Positions 51,722 through 62,340 of a stretch of 62,340 nucleotides of DNA are shown here, in pieces; within the stretch, counting starts at the first letter, position 1; the number at the start of each line of letters is the position of its first letter. Source of the DNA: Candidatus Binatia bacterium (GTDB lineage Bacteria; Desulfobacterota; Binatia; Bin18); the NCBI GenBank assembly GCA_963666315.2, contig CAXXHG010000037.1, forward strand, positions 1-62,340. The letters run 5' to 3'. The notes under the pieces are model-generated. The model searched no databases, had not been told where the DNA came from, and saw only the letters and a list, made by a program, of their open reading frames with translations. A program made the translations under genes and the position numbers.

Positions 51722-51876
51722 GTCGCGTCTACGTTGAAGTTGTGCATGGCGGTGCGTTCATGCTTCGACGGGCTCAGCACGAACGGGCCTTGTCTGCCAC
51801 CTCTTTTTCCGTTCGCCCTGAGCTTGTCGAAGGGGAACGGCGGCAACACAACGCATAGTTTCGACTCAGACACGAC
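51722..51876. mobile_element. MITE-like element with an internal REP-like hairpin
   Basis: Imperfect 24-bp terminal IRs (17/24); internal CTTCGACGGGCTCAGCACGAACGG / CCGTTCGCCCTGAGCTTGTCGAAG; GTAGG on both flanks. Confidence 0.55.
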
Positions 51877-51913
51877 AGTAGGCTGCGCCCTGCGCACTGA
51901 AGGATAGCGCTGC

Positions 51914-53110
51914 CTATAAACGAGCCAGAACCTGGCGCATAATCGAAACCGCCCGGTCGATCTCTTGCGAAGAAATGACCAACGGTGGGGCAAGGCGGAC
52001 GACCGTATCCGCATGTAACGTCCAGCCTAGAACGAGGCTGCGCGCAAAACATTCTTGAACAAAACGTTGCGTGACCTGCTGCGTGGCAAAATCCATCCCG
52101 ATGAGCAAGCCGCGTCCGCGCACTGCCGTGCAGCCGCCTTCGCCCCTAAGCGTTCTCAGCTTACGAATAAATTCCTCACCTTTTTCCCGTGCCTGCTGCA
52201 CCAGGTTTTCTTGAAGAATCACGTCGAGTGCAGCCAGGCCGGCCGCGCAACAGACCGGATGGCCACCGAAGGTTGTGACATGCGCCAGGGCTGGGTCGTG
52301 TGAGAGTGTAGCCATGATCTGCGGCGTGCTGATAAAGGCACCCAGTGGCATACCGCCGCCCAAGGCTTTGGCAACAAGCAGGATGTCGGGTACGACGTTC
52401 CAGTGCTCGCTTGCAAACAGTTTGCCCGTGCGCCCAAAGCCGGTGATGACTTCATCGAAGATCAATACAGCGCCGACTTCAGTACAGCGCCGGCGCAGGG
52501 CGGGAAGAAAATCGTCGGCCGGGATACGTACTCCACCCTCACCTTGAATCGGCTCTATGATGACTCCGGCTACGGTCTCGTCGATTGCTTGCAAGGCGTT
52601 GCGGTCATTGAAAGGCAGAAACGTGACGGTGGGCAGTAAGGGTTCAAACGGTTCCCGATAAACGGGATTGCCGCCCACAGACACCGACCCAAACGTGTCG
52701 CCATGAAAGCTGCCCACGAAACTCACAAACCCTGAGCGAGCGGTGTGTTTGCGCGCGGTCTTGAGCGCACCTTCGACCGCTTCCGTACCACTATTGGTGA
52801 AATAGGTCACAGACAGATCGCCGGGGGTAATTTCGGCCAACCGGCGGGCTAGATCGACTTGCGGTTTCTGGATGTATTCGCCATACACCATGGCGTGCAG
52901 ATAGCGTTCGGCCTGGGCTTTGATGGCCTGTACGGCTGCCGGATGCGTATGACCGATGCCGGTCACGCCGATGCCGGACAGCAGGTCCAGATACTCTTTG
53001 CCACTGGTGTCTACGACAATACAACCATGAGAAGCCGAGACCTCAACGCCCATGGGTTCCGGAGACGTTTGGCTCACAAAACGGAGAAAGTCGTCACGAA
53101 GAGAGGCCAT
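51914..53110 (-). CDS. Class III PLP aminotransferase (ArgD-like)
   Basis: NSGTEAVEGALK, SFHGDT, IEPIQGEGG, FDEVITGFGRTG, AKALGGGMPLG. Confidence 0.9.
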   Translation of the reverse strand: MASLRDDFLRFVSQTSPEPMGVEVSASHGCIVVDTSGKEYLDLLSGIGVTGIGHTHPAAVQAIKAQAERYLHAMVYGEYIQKPQVDLARRLAEITPGDLSVTYFTNSGTEAVEGALKTARKHTARSGFVSFVGSFHGDTFGSVSVGGNPVYREPFEPLLPTVTFLPFNDRNALQAIDETVAGVIIEPIQGEGGVRIPADDFLPALRRRCTEVGAVLIFDEVITGFGRTGKLFASEHWNVVPDILLVAKALGGGMPLGAFISTPQIMATLSHDPALAHVTTFGGHPVCCAAGLAALDVILQENLVQQAREKGEEFIRKLRTLRGEGGCTAVRGRGLLIGMDFATQQVTQRFVQECFARSLVLGWTLHADTVVRLAPPLVISSQEIDRAVSIMRQVLARL

Positions 53111-53242
53111 AAACAAAACATATGTGAGCGGGCAGTGTTCAGCAATTCCACTCAGCGTAATCCGACGCCTCGGGGTATAGAGGGCATTTTCTCCAGCCCA
53201 TGAAATTGGTAGCGTGCACGTTGCGGACAAAAGGAGGAAATC

Positions 53243-54346
53243 ATGGCCAAAAATAAAGTCTTAGTTGCCGGCGCATCCGGCTTGGTTGGGTTTGCCGCGG
53301 TGCGACATTTTGCCGGTCTTGAGGATTGGGACGTCGTTGGGGTCTCGCGGCGTATTCCTGACGGACTCGACGGTGCGACTTTGTTGTCGGTTGATTTGCA
53401 AGACAAGGCCCGCTGCGCCGAGGTCTTTAGTCACATGCACGATGTCACCCATCTGGTGTATACCGCGCTGTATGAAAAGCCCGGCGTGGTGCGCGGGTGG
53501 CGTGAACGGGATCAGATGGACACGAATCTCATGATGCTGAAGAATCTCTTTGAGCCGCTGAAAGGGGCAGCCAAGAATCTCCAGCACGTTTCTCTGCTGC
53601 AAGGCACCAAAGCCTACGGCGCGCATATCGAACCTTTTCCTGCTCCGGCGCGTGAACGCTGGCCACGGCATCAGCATGAAAACTTCTATTGGCTACAAGA
53701 AGACTATCTGCGTGCGCAGCAGACGGGACAATCGGGGACACACTGGCACTGGACGATATTCCGACCCCAACTCGTTTTTGGTGAAGCGCTCAAAGGCAAC
53801 CTCAACGTCCTGCCTGCGCTTTGTGTGTATGCTGCACTGCGTAAAGAAGCTGGCTTGCCGCTATCGTTCCCCGGCGGTCCGTCTTACGTGGTTGAAGCAG
53901 TGGACGCTGACCTGCTGGCCCGTTCCTGCGCCTGGGCAGCAACCAGCCCAGCGGCGCAGAATGAGACGTTTAACAGCACCAATGGTGATGTGTTTGTGTG
54001 GCCGAATGTGTGGCCGGCCATAGCCGACGCCTTGGGCATGGAAGTCGGTCCGCCCGAGCCGGTGTGTCTGACCGAACAGACGCCCCAGCGCGATGCCGAA
54101 TGGGCCGCCATAGTTGACAAATACAATCTCAAAGCACCTCGGAAGATGTTGGACTTCGTCGGCGGCTCGTTTGAGCTGACCGACCTGTCCTTTCCGTATG
54201 GCGCGTCCGAGCCGCCTCCGCCGGTTATTGTGAGTACGATTAAAATCAGGCAGGCGGGCTTTCACGACTGCGTCGATACGGAAGATATGTTTCGGCGGCT
54301 TATCCAGCGCTATCAGGGGTTAGGCTGGATACCGCCGGTAGCGTAG
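53243..54346 (+). CDS. SDR oxidoreductase, PRISE (progesterone 5-beta-reductase-like)
   Basis: VAGASGLVG, LLQGTKAYG, NFYWLQED, NETFN..NGDVF.W, KIRQAGF. Confidence 0.85.
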   Translation: MAKNKVLVAGASGLVGFAAVRHFAGLEDWDVVGVSRRIPDGLDGATLLSVDLQDKARCAEVFSHMHDVTHLVYTALYEKPGVVRGWRERDQMDTNLMMLKNLFEPLKGAAKNLQHVSLLQGTKAYGAHIEPFPAPARERWPRHQHENFYWLQEDYLRAQQTGQSGTHWHWTIFRPQLVFGEALKGNLNVLPALCVYAALRKEAGLPLSFPGGPSYVVEAVDADLLARSCAWAATSPAAQNETFNSTNGDVFVWPNVWPAIADALGMEVGPPEPVCLTEQTPQRDAEWAAIVDKYNLKAPRKMLDFVGGSFELTDLSFPYGASEPPPPVIVSTIKIRQAGFHDCVDTEDMFRRLIQRYQGLGWIPPVA

Positions 54347-54452
54347 TGGGAAACGCGATTCATCACCGGATGCGGGCCCGCTGACGATGTTTGTCCTCAA
54401 GTAGTTCCCGGATGGCTTCATAGTCCACCGGGACCTCAGTGAAAATTTTTTG

Positions 54453-54475
54453 CGGCCAGGGCGGAGCCTTGGTCG
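54453..54475 (+). other. DGR-type short hairpin with GGA loop
   Basis: CGGCCAGGGC-GGA-GCCTTGGTCG immediately upstream of the avd stub. Confidence 0.4.
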
Positions 54476-54495
54476 AGTTATGAGAAAGTGCACCT

Positions 54496-54672
54496 ATGCA
54501 AGAATCGCCCATCTTTATTAAAAGCTTTGAGCCCCTGGGATGGATTCTTGATCACACCCGCAAGTTTCCCAAACATCAACGCTTTGTGATGGCTAAACGG
54601 ATTGAAGAAGCGGCGCTGGAATTTCATGACAATTTGAGAGAGCTGATTATGCGGCCTTCCGTTGACGCTTGA
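54496..54672 (+). pseudogene. avd: Truncated DGR accessory variability determinant (Avd, four-helix bundle)
   Basis: MQESPIFIKSFEPLGWILDHTRKFPKHQRFVMAKRIEEAALEF; truncated against the convergent HTH gene; not in ORF track. Confidence 0.7.
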
Positions 54673-54991
54673 TGGGGACAAAACGAATGTCTATCCGCTT
54701 GTTTAGAGCTGTCGCAATACGTCTCAACATGCTCAGCGAATGCCCTTCGTAGCCGGAATTTTCAAGCCGACAGATGACCGATGCAGTCGTCCTGACAAGT
54801 TCCGCCAGTTCCCGTTGCGACAGGCCGCCTCTGGTGCGTAAGTCATAGATTTTCGCTGCTAGCTCCGCATTCGCGACTTCGTCTTCAAACGAGGCGACCC
54901 GCTCAGGGTCATCTTCAATATAACGCTTATAATAACGCTTATAAGCAAACTGTCGGGCGTCGGATTTAAACTGCTGCTTTTCTCTTGCCAT
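54647..54991 (-). CDS. XRE-family HTH protein (orphan antitoxin-like)
   Basis: IYDLRTRGGLSQRELAELVRTTASVICRLENSGYEGHSLSMLRRIA; 12-bp tandem duplication (YKRYYKRY). Confidence 0.8.
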   Translation of the reverse strand: MAREKQQFKSDARQFAYKRYYKRYIEDDPERVASFEDEVANAELAAKIYDLRTRGGLSQRELAELVRTTASVICRLENSGYEGHSLSMLRRIATALNKRIDIRFVPIKRQRKAA

Positions 54992-55115
54992 GGTTAACGC
55001 TGAGGAAGCTCTTGTGTAGATTCCCCTGACCCCTTCGACATGCTCAGGACAGGCTTCATCCTCTCCAGCTCCCCTGAAATTGGGGGCGAGGAAATTCTGA
55101 GTCAATAGTTATTCT

Positions 55116-56665
55116 TTACAACCGCTCCCAATCGACACTCTGCTCAAACGCATACGCGACCTGAAAGAGCGTACTCTCCTTCCAACGTCGCCCGACGAGC
55201 TGCAGGCCGATGGGAAGGCCGTCGCGTAGGCCGCACGGTAAATTGAGCGCCGGATGGCCCGACAGGTTAAACGGACTGGTATTCTGACCTGCGGCCGCGC
55301 TGCGGCGGACGAGGTCTTTGAACGTCAGTCCTGCCTCCAGCTTTGGCGCGCGCATGGGCGTGGTCGGCATGGCGAGAACATCCACGTCTTGCAGTGCCTG
55401 CTCGATCTGCTGGGTGAAGCTGAATCGTAAGTTTTGGGCCAGGGCGTAATAGCGATTGTTGTACTCGCGGCGTAGATAATTGCCGACGGGTATAATGAGT
55501 TTCAAAAACGGCGGCAGATCGTTGCTGCGTGCCCGGCGGGCGCGACCAAATGCCTCGACCCAGCCGACGTTACTCACGCCGCCATGCCCATAGCCTTCGC
55601 CGTCGGACTCGATCATGGCTGGAATCGAATGACTGGTAATGCCGGTCCAAATCGCCCAGGCGTTTTTGAACATGGGCAGCGAAAGCACAGTGCATGTCGC
55701 ACCGAGCGTACCAAGCTGAGTCATGCTCTTTTGAAAGGCGTCAATAACCTCCGGTTCTACGGCTCGACCTTGCAAACCTTCCTTCACAATACCGATGCGC
55801 AGACCTTGCAGGCTTTGCCCATCCGTTTTTAATGCTTCCGCGTACGGCTCAACCTGAATCGGTCCGCGTACCCACTGCGGATCACGGGGATCGTCCCCGG
55901 CTATGACTTCCAGCGTTTGAGCAACTTCCTGGACGGTGCGGGCCATGGGACAAATAAAGTCCAGGGTGTGGTCCATATAGGTCAAGCCAAAGGACGGCAC
56001 CAGGCCGTGGGTGGCTTTGATACTCGTTATCCCGCACCAGGCGGCAGGAATCCGACCGCTGCCGCCTTCATCCACACCCAGAGCAATATCTACGTCGCCG
56101 TTTGCTACGGCGGCTCCACTCCCGCCGGACGATCCGCCCGGCGAATGATCCGGATTCCTGGGGTTACGAGCGTAGCCGAACTCGCTCGTTTCAGCAGAAG
56201 GAGAAAGGGCAAAACTGTCCATATTCAGCTTGCCGACGATTTCGGCGCCTGCGTCTAAGAGTCGTTCGACCACGGTCGCATCGTAGTCCGGCACATAGCC
56301 CGCGGCGAGGCGAGAGCCGTTTGTGAGTGGAATGCCTGCCACGGCGATATTATCTTTGAGACCGATTTTTTTGCCCACGAGTTTGCCGCTCGACGCACCA
56401 GTGACACGACATTTGCGAATAAAAATATTATACGGGTCTTCTTCTTCCGTGGGCCGGTAGCCGGGATCGCGGTCGTATATTTGATCGGCCAGCGCGGCTG
56501 AGGCAGGTCGTCTAAACGGTCCAACGTGCTGAGTAGCCCTTCACTCAGTTCCTGGATATCTTGGGCTTCCTGAGGAGTCAGATGCAGATACTCTCGTGCG
56601 GCTAACTCGGTCAGTTCCTCTGCCGTGGGTCGTCGAATCTTTCCGGTTGATCGGAGCCGTCGCAT
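55116..56665 (-). CDS. Amidase-signature enzyme (frameshift ~56473)
   Basis: IGLKDN, GGSSGGS, GVDEGGSGRIPA; N-terminus is in an adjacent frame. Confidence 0.88.
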
Positions 56666-56677
56666 GCTGTTCTCCTA

Positions 56678-57145
56678 CTACCCGATAAACTTTTGTTTGG
56701 CCCAGCCTTGATCAAACGGCGTCCAGCATTCCGGGGCGAGGATGAGGTTTTGCATCTTCCACTCGCCGTTGATTTTGACGTATTCTTCCTCGTATTTGGC
56801 AACCCCCCAGACGGCTTGCTCACCACCTTCGACCATGGTGCACGGCTCCAGGAGGTACCAGTGGCCTGTGGCTTTATCTCCGCTGACCTCAATCCGCGGA
56901 TTCATAACGTAATGGATGGCGAATCCCAGGATTTTCGGAATAGAGCGGAAAAAGTCCCGAATAGCCGCCGCCCCTTCGAAGCGTCCGAAGCTGCCGCCAT
57001 CCCAGATGGCATCCTCCGTAAAACAACCCACAAACGCATCTTCATCACGCTCGTCGGCTGCCGCGCAGTAGCGGGCCTTGAGCTTTTTGATGGCTTCGAC
57101 GTCTTCAAGCGTTTGGATACGTTGGCCGAGTTCTTCGATATCCAT
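56678..57145 (-). CDS. NTF2/SnoaL-like protein
   Basis: LEDVEAIKKLKARYC, FTEDAIWD, HYVMNPRIEV, YEEEY...GEWK. Confidence 0.88.
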   Translation of the reverse strand: MDIEELGQRIQTLEDVEAIKKLKARYCAAADERDEDAFVGCFTEDAIWDGGSFGRFEGAAAIRDFFRSIPKILGFAIHYVMNPRIEVSGDKATGHWYLLEPCTMVEGGEQAVWGVAKYEEEYVKINGEWKMQNLILAPECWTPFDQGWAKQKFIG

Positions 57146-57165
57146 GCGGTCCTCCTTATTTGCGG

Positions 57166-58299
57166 TTACAGGCCAAAAAACTGTACAGCGTTTTCTCCCA
57201 ATATTTTATCTACTGACTCTTGTGGCAATTTTGTCAAGGCTTTGCGTGCCTTGGCCACCGGCTCAGTAAATCCTTCCGCATGTGGATAATCTGAGCCGAT
57301 AAAAAACTTATGATCGCCGAGCAGCTCGACCATGTATGGTAGTAGGCGTTCTTCCGGGTCAGCCGCAATCCAGATATTGCGCTCAAAATACTCACTGGCC
57401 GGGCGCTCCATCTGACACGAGTGGCCCATATAACTGTAGCGATAGTCGAGCCGGTCTAACCATTCCACCACCCAGCCGCTGGCGGATTCAATCGTGGCCA
57501 CGCGCAGCTTTGGAAAGCGCTCAAACACGCCGTCGTAGACCATGGTGGTGAGGGCCATGCGGGGGTCTTGGATGCCATTCATACTCAGAAACATAAAGCC
57601 CGGTCGTCGGTCGGCATACCAATCGTGGCCGAGGTAGTTGCGATGGACAACGAGATGGATGCCGACGGCCATGTCGTGATGCTGGGCGGCGTCCCACACC
57701 GGATCAAAATCCGGACTGCCAAAGCTCTTGCCGTCAATCGGCAGGGCGCCAACAAAGACGGTACGGGCTCCCGCCTTTGCCAAGCGTTCGAGTTCCCGAA
57801 CGGCTGCAGGGGGATTGCGGATTGAAATATGGCCCACCGGGTAGAGCCGATCACGGTGCTGGGCACACACCTCCAGTGCCCAGGTGTTATACGCCCGGCA
57901 GTGCGCTGCGGCTAACTCCGGGTCGCTAATCTGGCCTTCCCACATGAGGCCTAAGGTTGGATAAATAAACTGACACGCAAAGCCTTCCTGATCCAGAAAG
58001 GCAATCCGCTTATCCATATCTTCGAGCGTATTATTAAACGCGCTCGAAAAGTCGAACGAGCCCAGTCCTACACCCTTTTCTTTTTGGCCATAGCCCACGC
58101 CCACGCCCAGCATGTCCTCCATGCTGAACTCGCCCACACCCCGAATGCGTTTTGACTCATTGATGAGCATGACGTAACGACCCGTGTCTGGATCTTTTGC
58201 AAATCGCAGACAGCGCGAACGAAATTTGGGTTCGATATAACGCTCCCACAGATCCAGGGGTTCCATGAAGTGGCTGTCAGCATCAATTATGCGGCTCAT
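57166..58299 (-). CDS. Amidohydrolase_2 family protein
   Basis: IDADSH, YPTLG, GVFERFPKLR...ESASGW, GSDYPHAEG. Confidence 0.9.
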   Translation of the reverse strand: MSRIIDADSHFMEPLDLWERYIEPKFRSRCLRFAKDPDTGRYVMLINESKRIRGVGEFSMEDMLGVGVGYGQKEKGVGLGSFDFSSAFNNTLEDMDKRIAFLDQEGFACQFIYPTLGLMWEGQISDPELAAAHCRAYNTWALEVCAQHRDRLYPVGHISIRNPPAAVRELERLAKAGARTVFVGALPIDGKSFGSPDFDPVWDAAQHHDMAVGIHLVVHRNYLGHDWYADRRPGFMFLSMNGIQDPRMALTTMVYDGVFERFPKLRVATIESASGWVVEWLDRLDYRYSYMGHSCQMERPASEYFERNIWIAADPEERLLPYMVELLGDHKFFIGSDYPHAEGFTEPVAKARKALTKLPQESVDKILGENAVQFFGL

Positions 58300-58393
58300 G
58301 TTTGTCCCTTTCTATACACGGACTCTGTTCTCGTAGCGGCGAAACGGCTGTTGAAAAGGCTGGGAAAGGAAAGGTTTTGGGCTGCTGCGAGGC

Positions 58394-59394
58394 TCAGCCC
58401 GGCTGCCATTTCACTGCCAACTCGACCGTCCACTCGGGCGCGGAGCGGAACGCGGTCGAGCGCACCGGGCAGTCCTGGACCCGGCACATCGGACAGTGGA
58501 GGGGCATACACGGGTCGAGATGGATAATGGCCTCGCTTTGTCCGTGAAAATGCTTGAGCAGCTGTTCTTCTATCTCCGTATTCGTTGCATGGCCCTGTCG
58601 AGGTCCCAGTAGCGAGGCAGGGTCAAGTGGAAATCAATATGATGGCGTTCCCCCGAATGCCAGGAGCGGAGTTGGTGCAGCTCTATCCATTCAGGTCGCT
58701 GAATGCTGTGGAGCGTATCCACAATATCGCGCAAAACCGTTTCATCTGATGCATCCATAAGATGGCTGACAGATATGCGTAACAAGCGCGTCCCGGACAC
58801 CAGGATGTTCAGCGCGACTGCACACGCAGTGAGAGAATCGAATACCGCCCAGCCCGTCAACCGGACAAGGAGCAGGCCGAGTACGACACCCACGCTGGTA
58901 TAGCTATCGGCCAGCACATGTCTGCCGTCGGCAGTTAGTGCCAGCGAGTGCGAGTGTTTCCCCGTTCGAATGAGAAACAGGCCCAGCCCAGCATTGACAC
59001 AGGCCGAAGCCAGGACGATGACCATCCCCAGATTGAGTTGGAGGAGTGGCGGAGGGGAGAAAAAGCCGGGCAGAGCATGCCACAAGATGACCAGTGCAGC
59101 CAGGATGATGAGTGCGCCTTCAAACCCGGCTGAAAAGGACTCGACCTTACCATGTCCATACGGATGTGAGCGGTCGGGCGGGATGTCGCTCAGGGTAATG
59201 CTATAGAACGCAAACCCGCTGGCGACGACATTAATAATAGATTCAAGAGCATCCGACAGAATAGCGGCCGAGCCGGTCAAAACGGCTGCAACGAATTTCC
59301 CGACAAGAAGAACAATGCCGATTGCGACGGAGACCAGAATGGCTCGGCGGCGCAGTTTGAATTCGGCTGAGTGCGGTACCGAATAGCGATCCAT
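58394..59394 (-). CDS. CDF-family cation efflux transporter (frameshift ~58592)
   Basis: SDALES, HPYGHGK.E, ADGRHVLAD; C-terminal IHLDPC in a shifted frame. Confidence 0.88.
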
Positions 59395-59544
59395 ACGGCC
59401 AAGATATGGAGGATATACAGGATATGGAAGACTCTAGAGAATTCGCGAATTGGAGAAACGGAGACAGGGGGAAACGGCAGAGAATCTAGACCTCCCCATC
59501 TCTCCCTCGTTGGTTCTCCCCCGTCGCCTCTCCCGGTCTTCCGC

Positions 59545-60816
59545 CTATGCCGCTCGCTGGAGTCGGGCTTTACTGGGCGTAAGCTGACAGTCAAAGAACT
59601 CACCGTCCTTCATGATCGCGTGGAGATTCTTCCTGTTTTGCAGCAGAGTGATATCTTTGGCCGGGTTGCCTTTGACGATGAGGAGGTCGGCAATCTTGCC
59701 TGGCTCGATGGTTCCCAGCTCGTCGCCCATGCCGAGCAGCTCAGCGCCGGTTTTGGTGGCCAGCGCAGGACGTCAATCGCTGGAATGCCCGCGCCTTTGA
59801 CATACGCTTCCAGCTCGCACGCATACTCGCCGTGTGGCATGGAGGCGATGCCGAAGTCATCGCCAATCAGCAGTTTCACCCCGGCTTGATTGGCTTTGGG
59901 CAGGACTTTGTACGAGTGCTCTAAATTCCGCTCCATGGCGTCCACACCGCCCCAGCCGCTTGAGCCGGTCGGCGTTTTTCTTCTACAACCTTCCAAGGGA
60001 AGTACAGGCTGGGCGTGACAAAGGTGCCCTGCTTGAGCATGCCGTCGATACACTCGTCGTCCATGCGATCGGCGTGGTCGATGACATCCATGCCGGCTTG
60101 GAGCGCGGCTAGAATGCCTTTCTTGGAAATGATATGGCCACGAATCTTTTTGCCTCGCTCATGTGCGGCATTGGTGGCGGCATCGATTTCGTCTTGGCTC
60201 ATGGTCATGACATCCTCGTCCCACATCAAACCGTGTCCACCGGTCGGGTAGAGTTTGATAATATCCACGCCGAGCTTGATTTCTTCGCGTACGGCTTTGC
60301 GGAAGTCATCCGGTCCATCGCAAATCCTGGCCAGTCCATCCATTTGCATCTTCCAAAGTTGGGATGGCAGTCTACCGAATCGCCCGTTGTGACCACATCA
60401 CGACCGCTGGCGAGGAAACGCGGACCAGGAATCAGACCCGAATTAATGGCTTTTTTCAGCGTGACATCAATGTTGTGCATGGTGCCGGCACCGGCGGCAC
60501 CGGTGTAGCCACAACTGAGTAAAAGTTCGGCGTTTTTGGCTGCTATTAGCGTTAATTCGGTCGGTGGGTGTTTCATGTCGATATCGTTCATGTCGCCTAC
60601 ATTGGCGTAGGCCACGTGGTAGTGGCACTGGATCATACCGGGCATGAGCGATTTACCGCCGAGATCATACACCACATCTTTGGCTGTTGGTTTTGGGCTG
60701 TCGCCGTTTTTTCCCACCGCACTGATACGTTTCCCCTGAACCACAACGGTCGAATTGGGTTGCGGCTTATGTTCACCGTCAATCAGATTTACTCCCCGAA
60801 AAAATATTCGTCCCAT
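59545..60816 (-). CDS. Metal-dependent amidohydrolase (Xaa-Pro dipeptidase-like), about 3 frameshifts
   Basis: LMPGMIQCHYH, GPRFLASG, DIIKLY, GHI, IDHA, LGTIEPGKIADL across frames. Confidence 0.82.
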
Positions 60817-60942
60817 ACTATACCCTCCTCTGTTATGAGTCCTTGCTGAGACTGCGGCTGCTCGCTCTGTCCCTTATCTATCCTATTTCTCTTAACAAGC
60901 AAAACCCGCAAACCGCCAAAACTCCCAAAACTGGTTTTTTCT

Positions 60943-62021
60943 CTATAAGTCCTGGACCTCGGGAATCACTTCGTTGGCAAAACGTGTCATGGCCGCCAAG
61001 ACTTTATCGTGCGGCACCAGCCCGCCGGGATTAAACCAACAAATCAATTCGTTCATCCGGAGTTCTTTATGCAGCGTGCTGATGCGCTCAACACACTCGC
61101 GGGATGAACCAAAGATCGCCATGCTGCGTTCCACTTTCTCAAAGGTTATGCTCTCCAGATTCTTTCGTAGCTCAGCGGTGTAACGGTACGATTCCACATC
61201 ATCCTGTGTCGAGCTGCCGCTCGTCATCATGCCCAGACGCTTTGAAAGTAATTATTAATGCTGGGTTCAACTGTCTTCCGAACGTAGTCGAGATTCTCGC
61301 CTGGATGTACGAAGAACATGGTCGAGACATCTTGCTTGGCACTAGCATTGCCGTTTTGTGGTGCGGGCTGTTCCGTCCAGGACCGACGATACGTGGCCAC
61401 CTGCTCAAACATCTTGGGCAGCGGGTTGGTGACGGACGCGACAAAAATGGGGTAGCCGGTTTTGCCGGCGAACACGGCCGTCTCGGGACTATTGGCGGCA
61501 ACGCGGATAGGAGGATGCGGCTTTTGAACAGGTTTGGGCACCACGCAGGTCTCAGGGATTTGGTAGTACGTCCCGTCATATGAAAAGGACTCGTGTGTCC
61601 ACGCCTGCTTAATGATGTCGAGACTTTTCTTCAAAGCGCCCGCGACTATCCTCCCGGGACCGAATCAAAGCCCGCAAAATGGAGCGGAATCGCCCCGCGG
61701 TCCAACTCCGAACTCTAACCTGCCGTTACTGAGCAGATCGACCGTCGCGCCCTCCTCAGCACAGCGGACCGGATGCCATAACGGCAGGAGGTTCACCGCA
61801 ATGCCCAGGCGGATCCGTTCTGTCTGCTGGGCGATAGCGGTGGCGACGATGAGGGGCGACGACATAATCGAGAAATTCTTATAAAAATGGAGTTCAGCCA
61901 ACCAGGCGCGATTGAAGCCGAGCTCCTCGGCGTGAACAACTTGCTGAATTGTCTCCTGATAACGCGCAGCTTGGGCCTGGGTGTCAGCGCAAGGAAGTTG
62001 GTAGAAAAGGCCGAATTTCAC
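60943..62021 (-). CDS. LLM-class flavin-dependent oxidoreductase, multiple frameshifts
   Basis: AEELGF..AWLAELHF, AEEGATVDLLSNGRLEFGVG, PKPVQKPHPPI across frames. Confidence 0.82.
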
Positions 62022-62122
62022 GTTTTCCTCCTTTGGGAACTATTGGGAACTGTGGGCGCACACCGGCCCATTTTTTGGTTGAGCCTGCCCCGACTATATA
62101 TGTCAAGCACAAGGCTGGAAAG

Positions 62123-62195
62123 GCTGAGCAAGATTAAGCAAAACTGGACAAGACTGGGCAAGACCGGGCAAGATTGAGCGAGATTAGGCAAGATG
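62123..62195. repeat. Degenerate 10-bp tandem repeat
   Basis: CTGAGCAAGA, TTAAGCAAAA, CTGGACAAGA, CTGGGCAAGA, CCGGGCAAGA, TTGAGCGAGA, TTAGGCAAGA. Confidence 0.7.
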
Positions 62196-62277
62196 GATAA
62201 GGACGCGGCTCTCTTGTTCCCGCAGTCTGCCCTGGTATAGTCCCCAGGCAAAATATTCTGTACGAAGGAGGAAAATC

Positions 62278-62340
62278 ATGGCAAATCAAAGTGATCTTGA
62301 AAAGGGGATCGAAATCCGGAAAAAGCTGAGCGGGGATCGA
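62278..62340 (+). CDS. Partial gene, possibly carboxymuconolactone decarboxylase family
   Basis: AAGGAGG RBS; MANQSDLEKGIEIRKKLSG runs off the window. Confidence 0.4.
   Translation, partial: MANQSDLEKGIEIRKKLSGDR

Noticed and set aside
59400-62195. Short 9-10-bp intergenic tandem repeats (59400-59440, 60900-60935, 62123-62195) as CRISPR
   Set aside because: Units are too short and degenerate, with no unique spacers and no cas genes.

Overview
GC-rich bacterial DNA. The gene content (DUF1302/DUF1329 pair, LLM monooxygenases, amidohydrolases, PPOX F420 protein) resembles deltaproteobacteria-like lineages such as Binatia, but that placement is inference only. The window has three zones. (1) 1-~13.3 kb is a decayed mosaic: 5'-truncated katG, IS3 and IS982 stubs, hisS, GST and DUF2157 fragments, a degenerate attC-like site, and a duplicated ~130-bp hairpin element flanking an LLM gene. 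(2) ~13.3-41.8 kb is an accessory island ending at tRNA-Leu(CAA). It holds a disrupted GAF-sigma54 activator, an acetone-carboxylase-like acxABC operon, two secreted-protein genes each behind a duplicated sigma54 promoter module, and a phage-satellite-like core (HGGxSTG protein, primase-helicase, excisionase, CGNR Zn-finger, tyrosine integrase). A second related element appears to have inserted in tandem. Unusually, both elements carry the 5' half of the tRNA, and each has its own arm-type site motif. The second element carries an inositol-phosphate synthase / IPCT-DIPPS / HD-hydrolase operon. (3) 42.3-62.3 kb is mostly metabolic genes plus a small DGR (avd + hairpin) relic. Many single-base frameshifts, especially after 55 kb, may be sequencing errors. 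All calls come from motif recognition by eye; no database searches were run.
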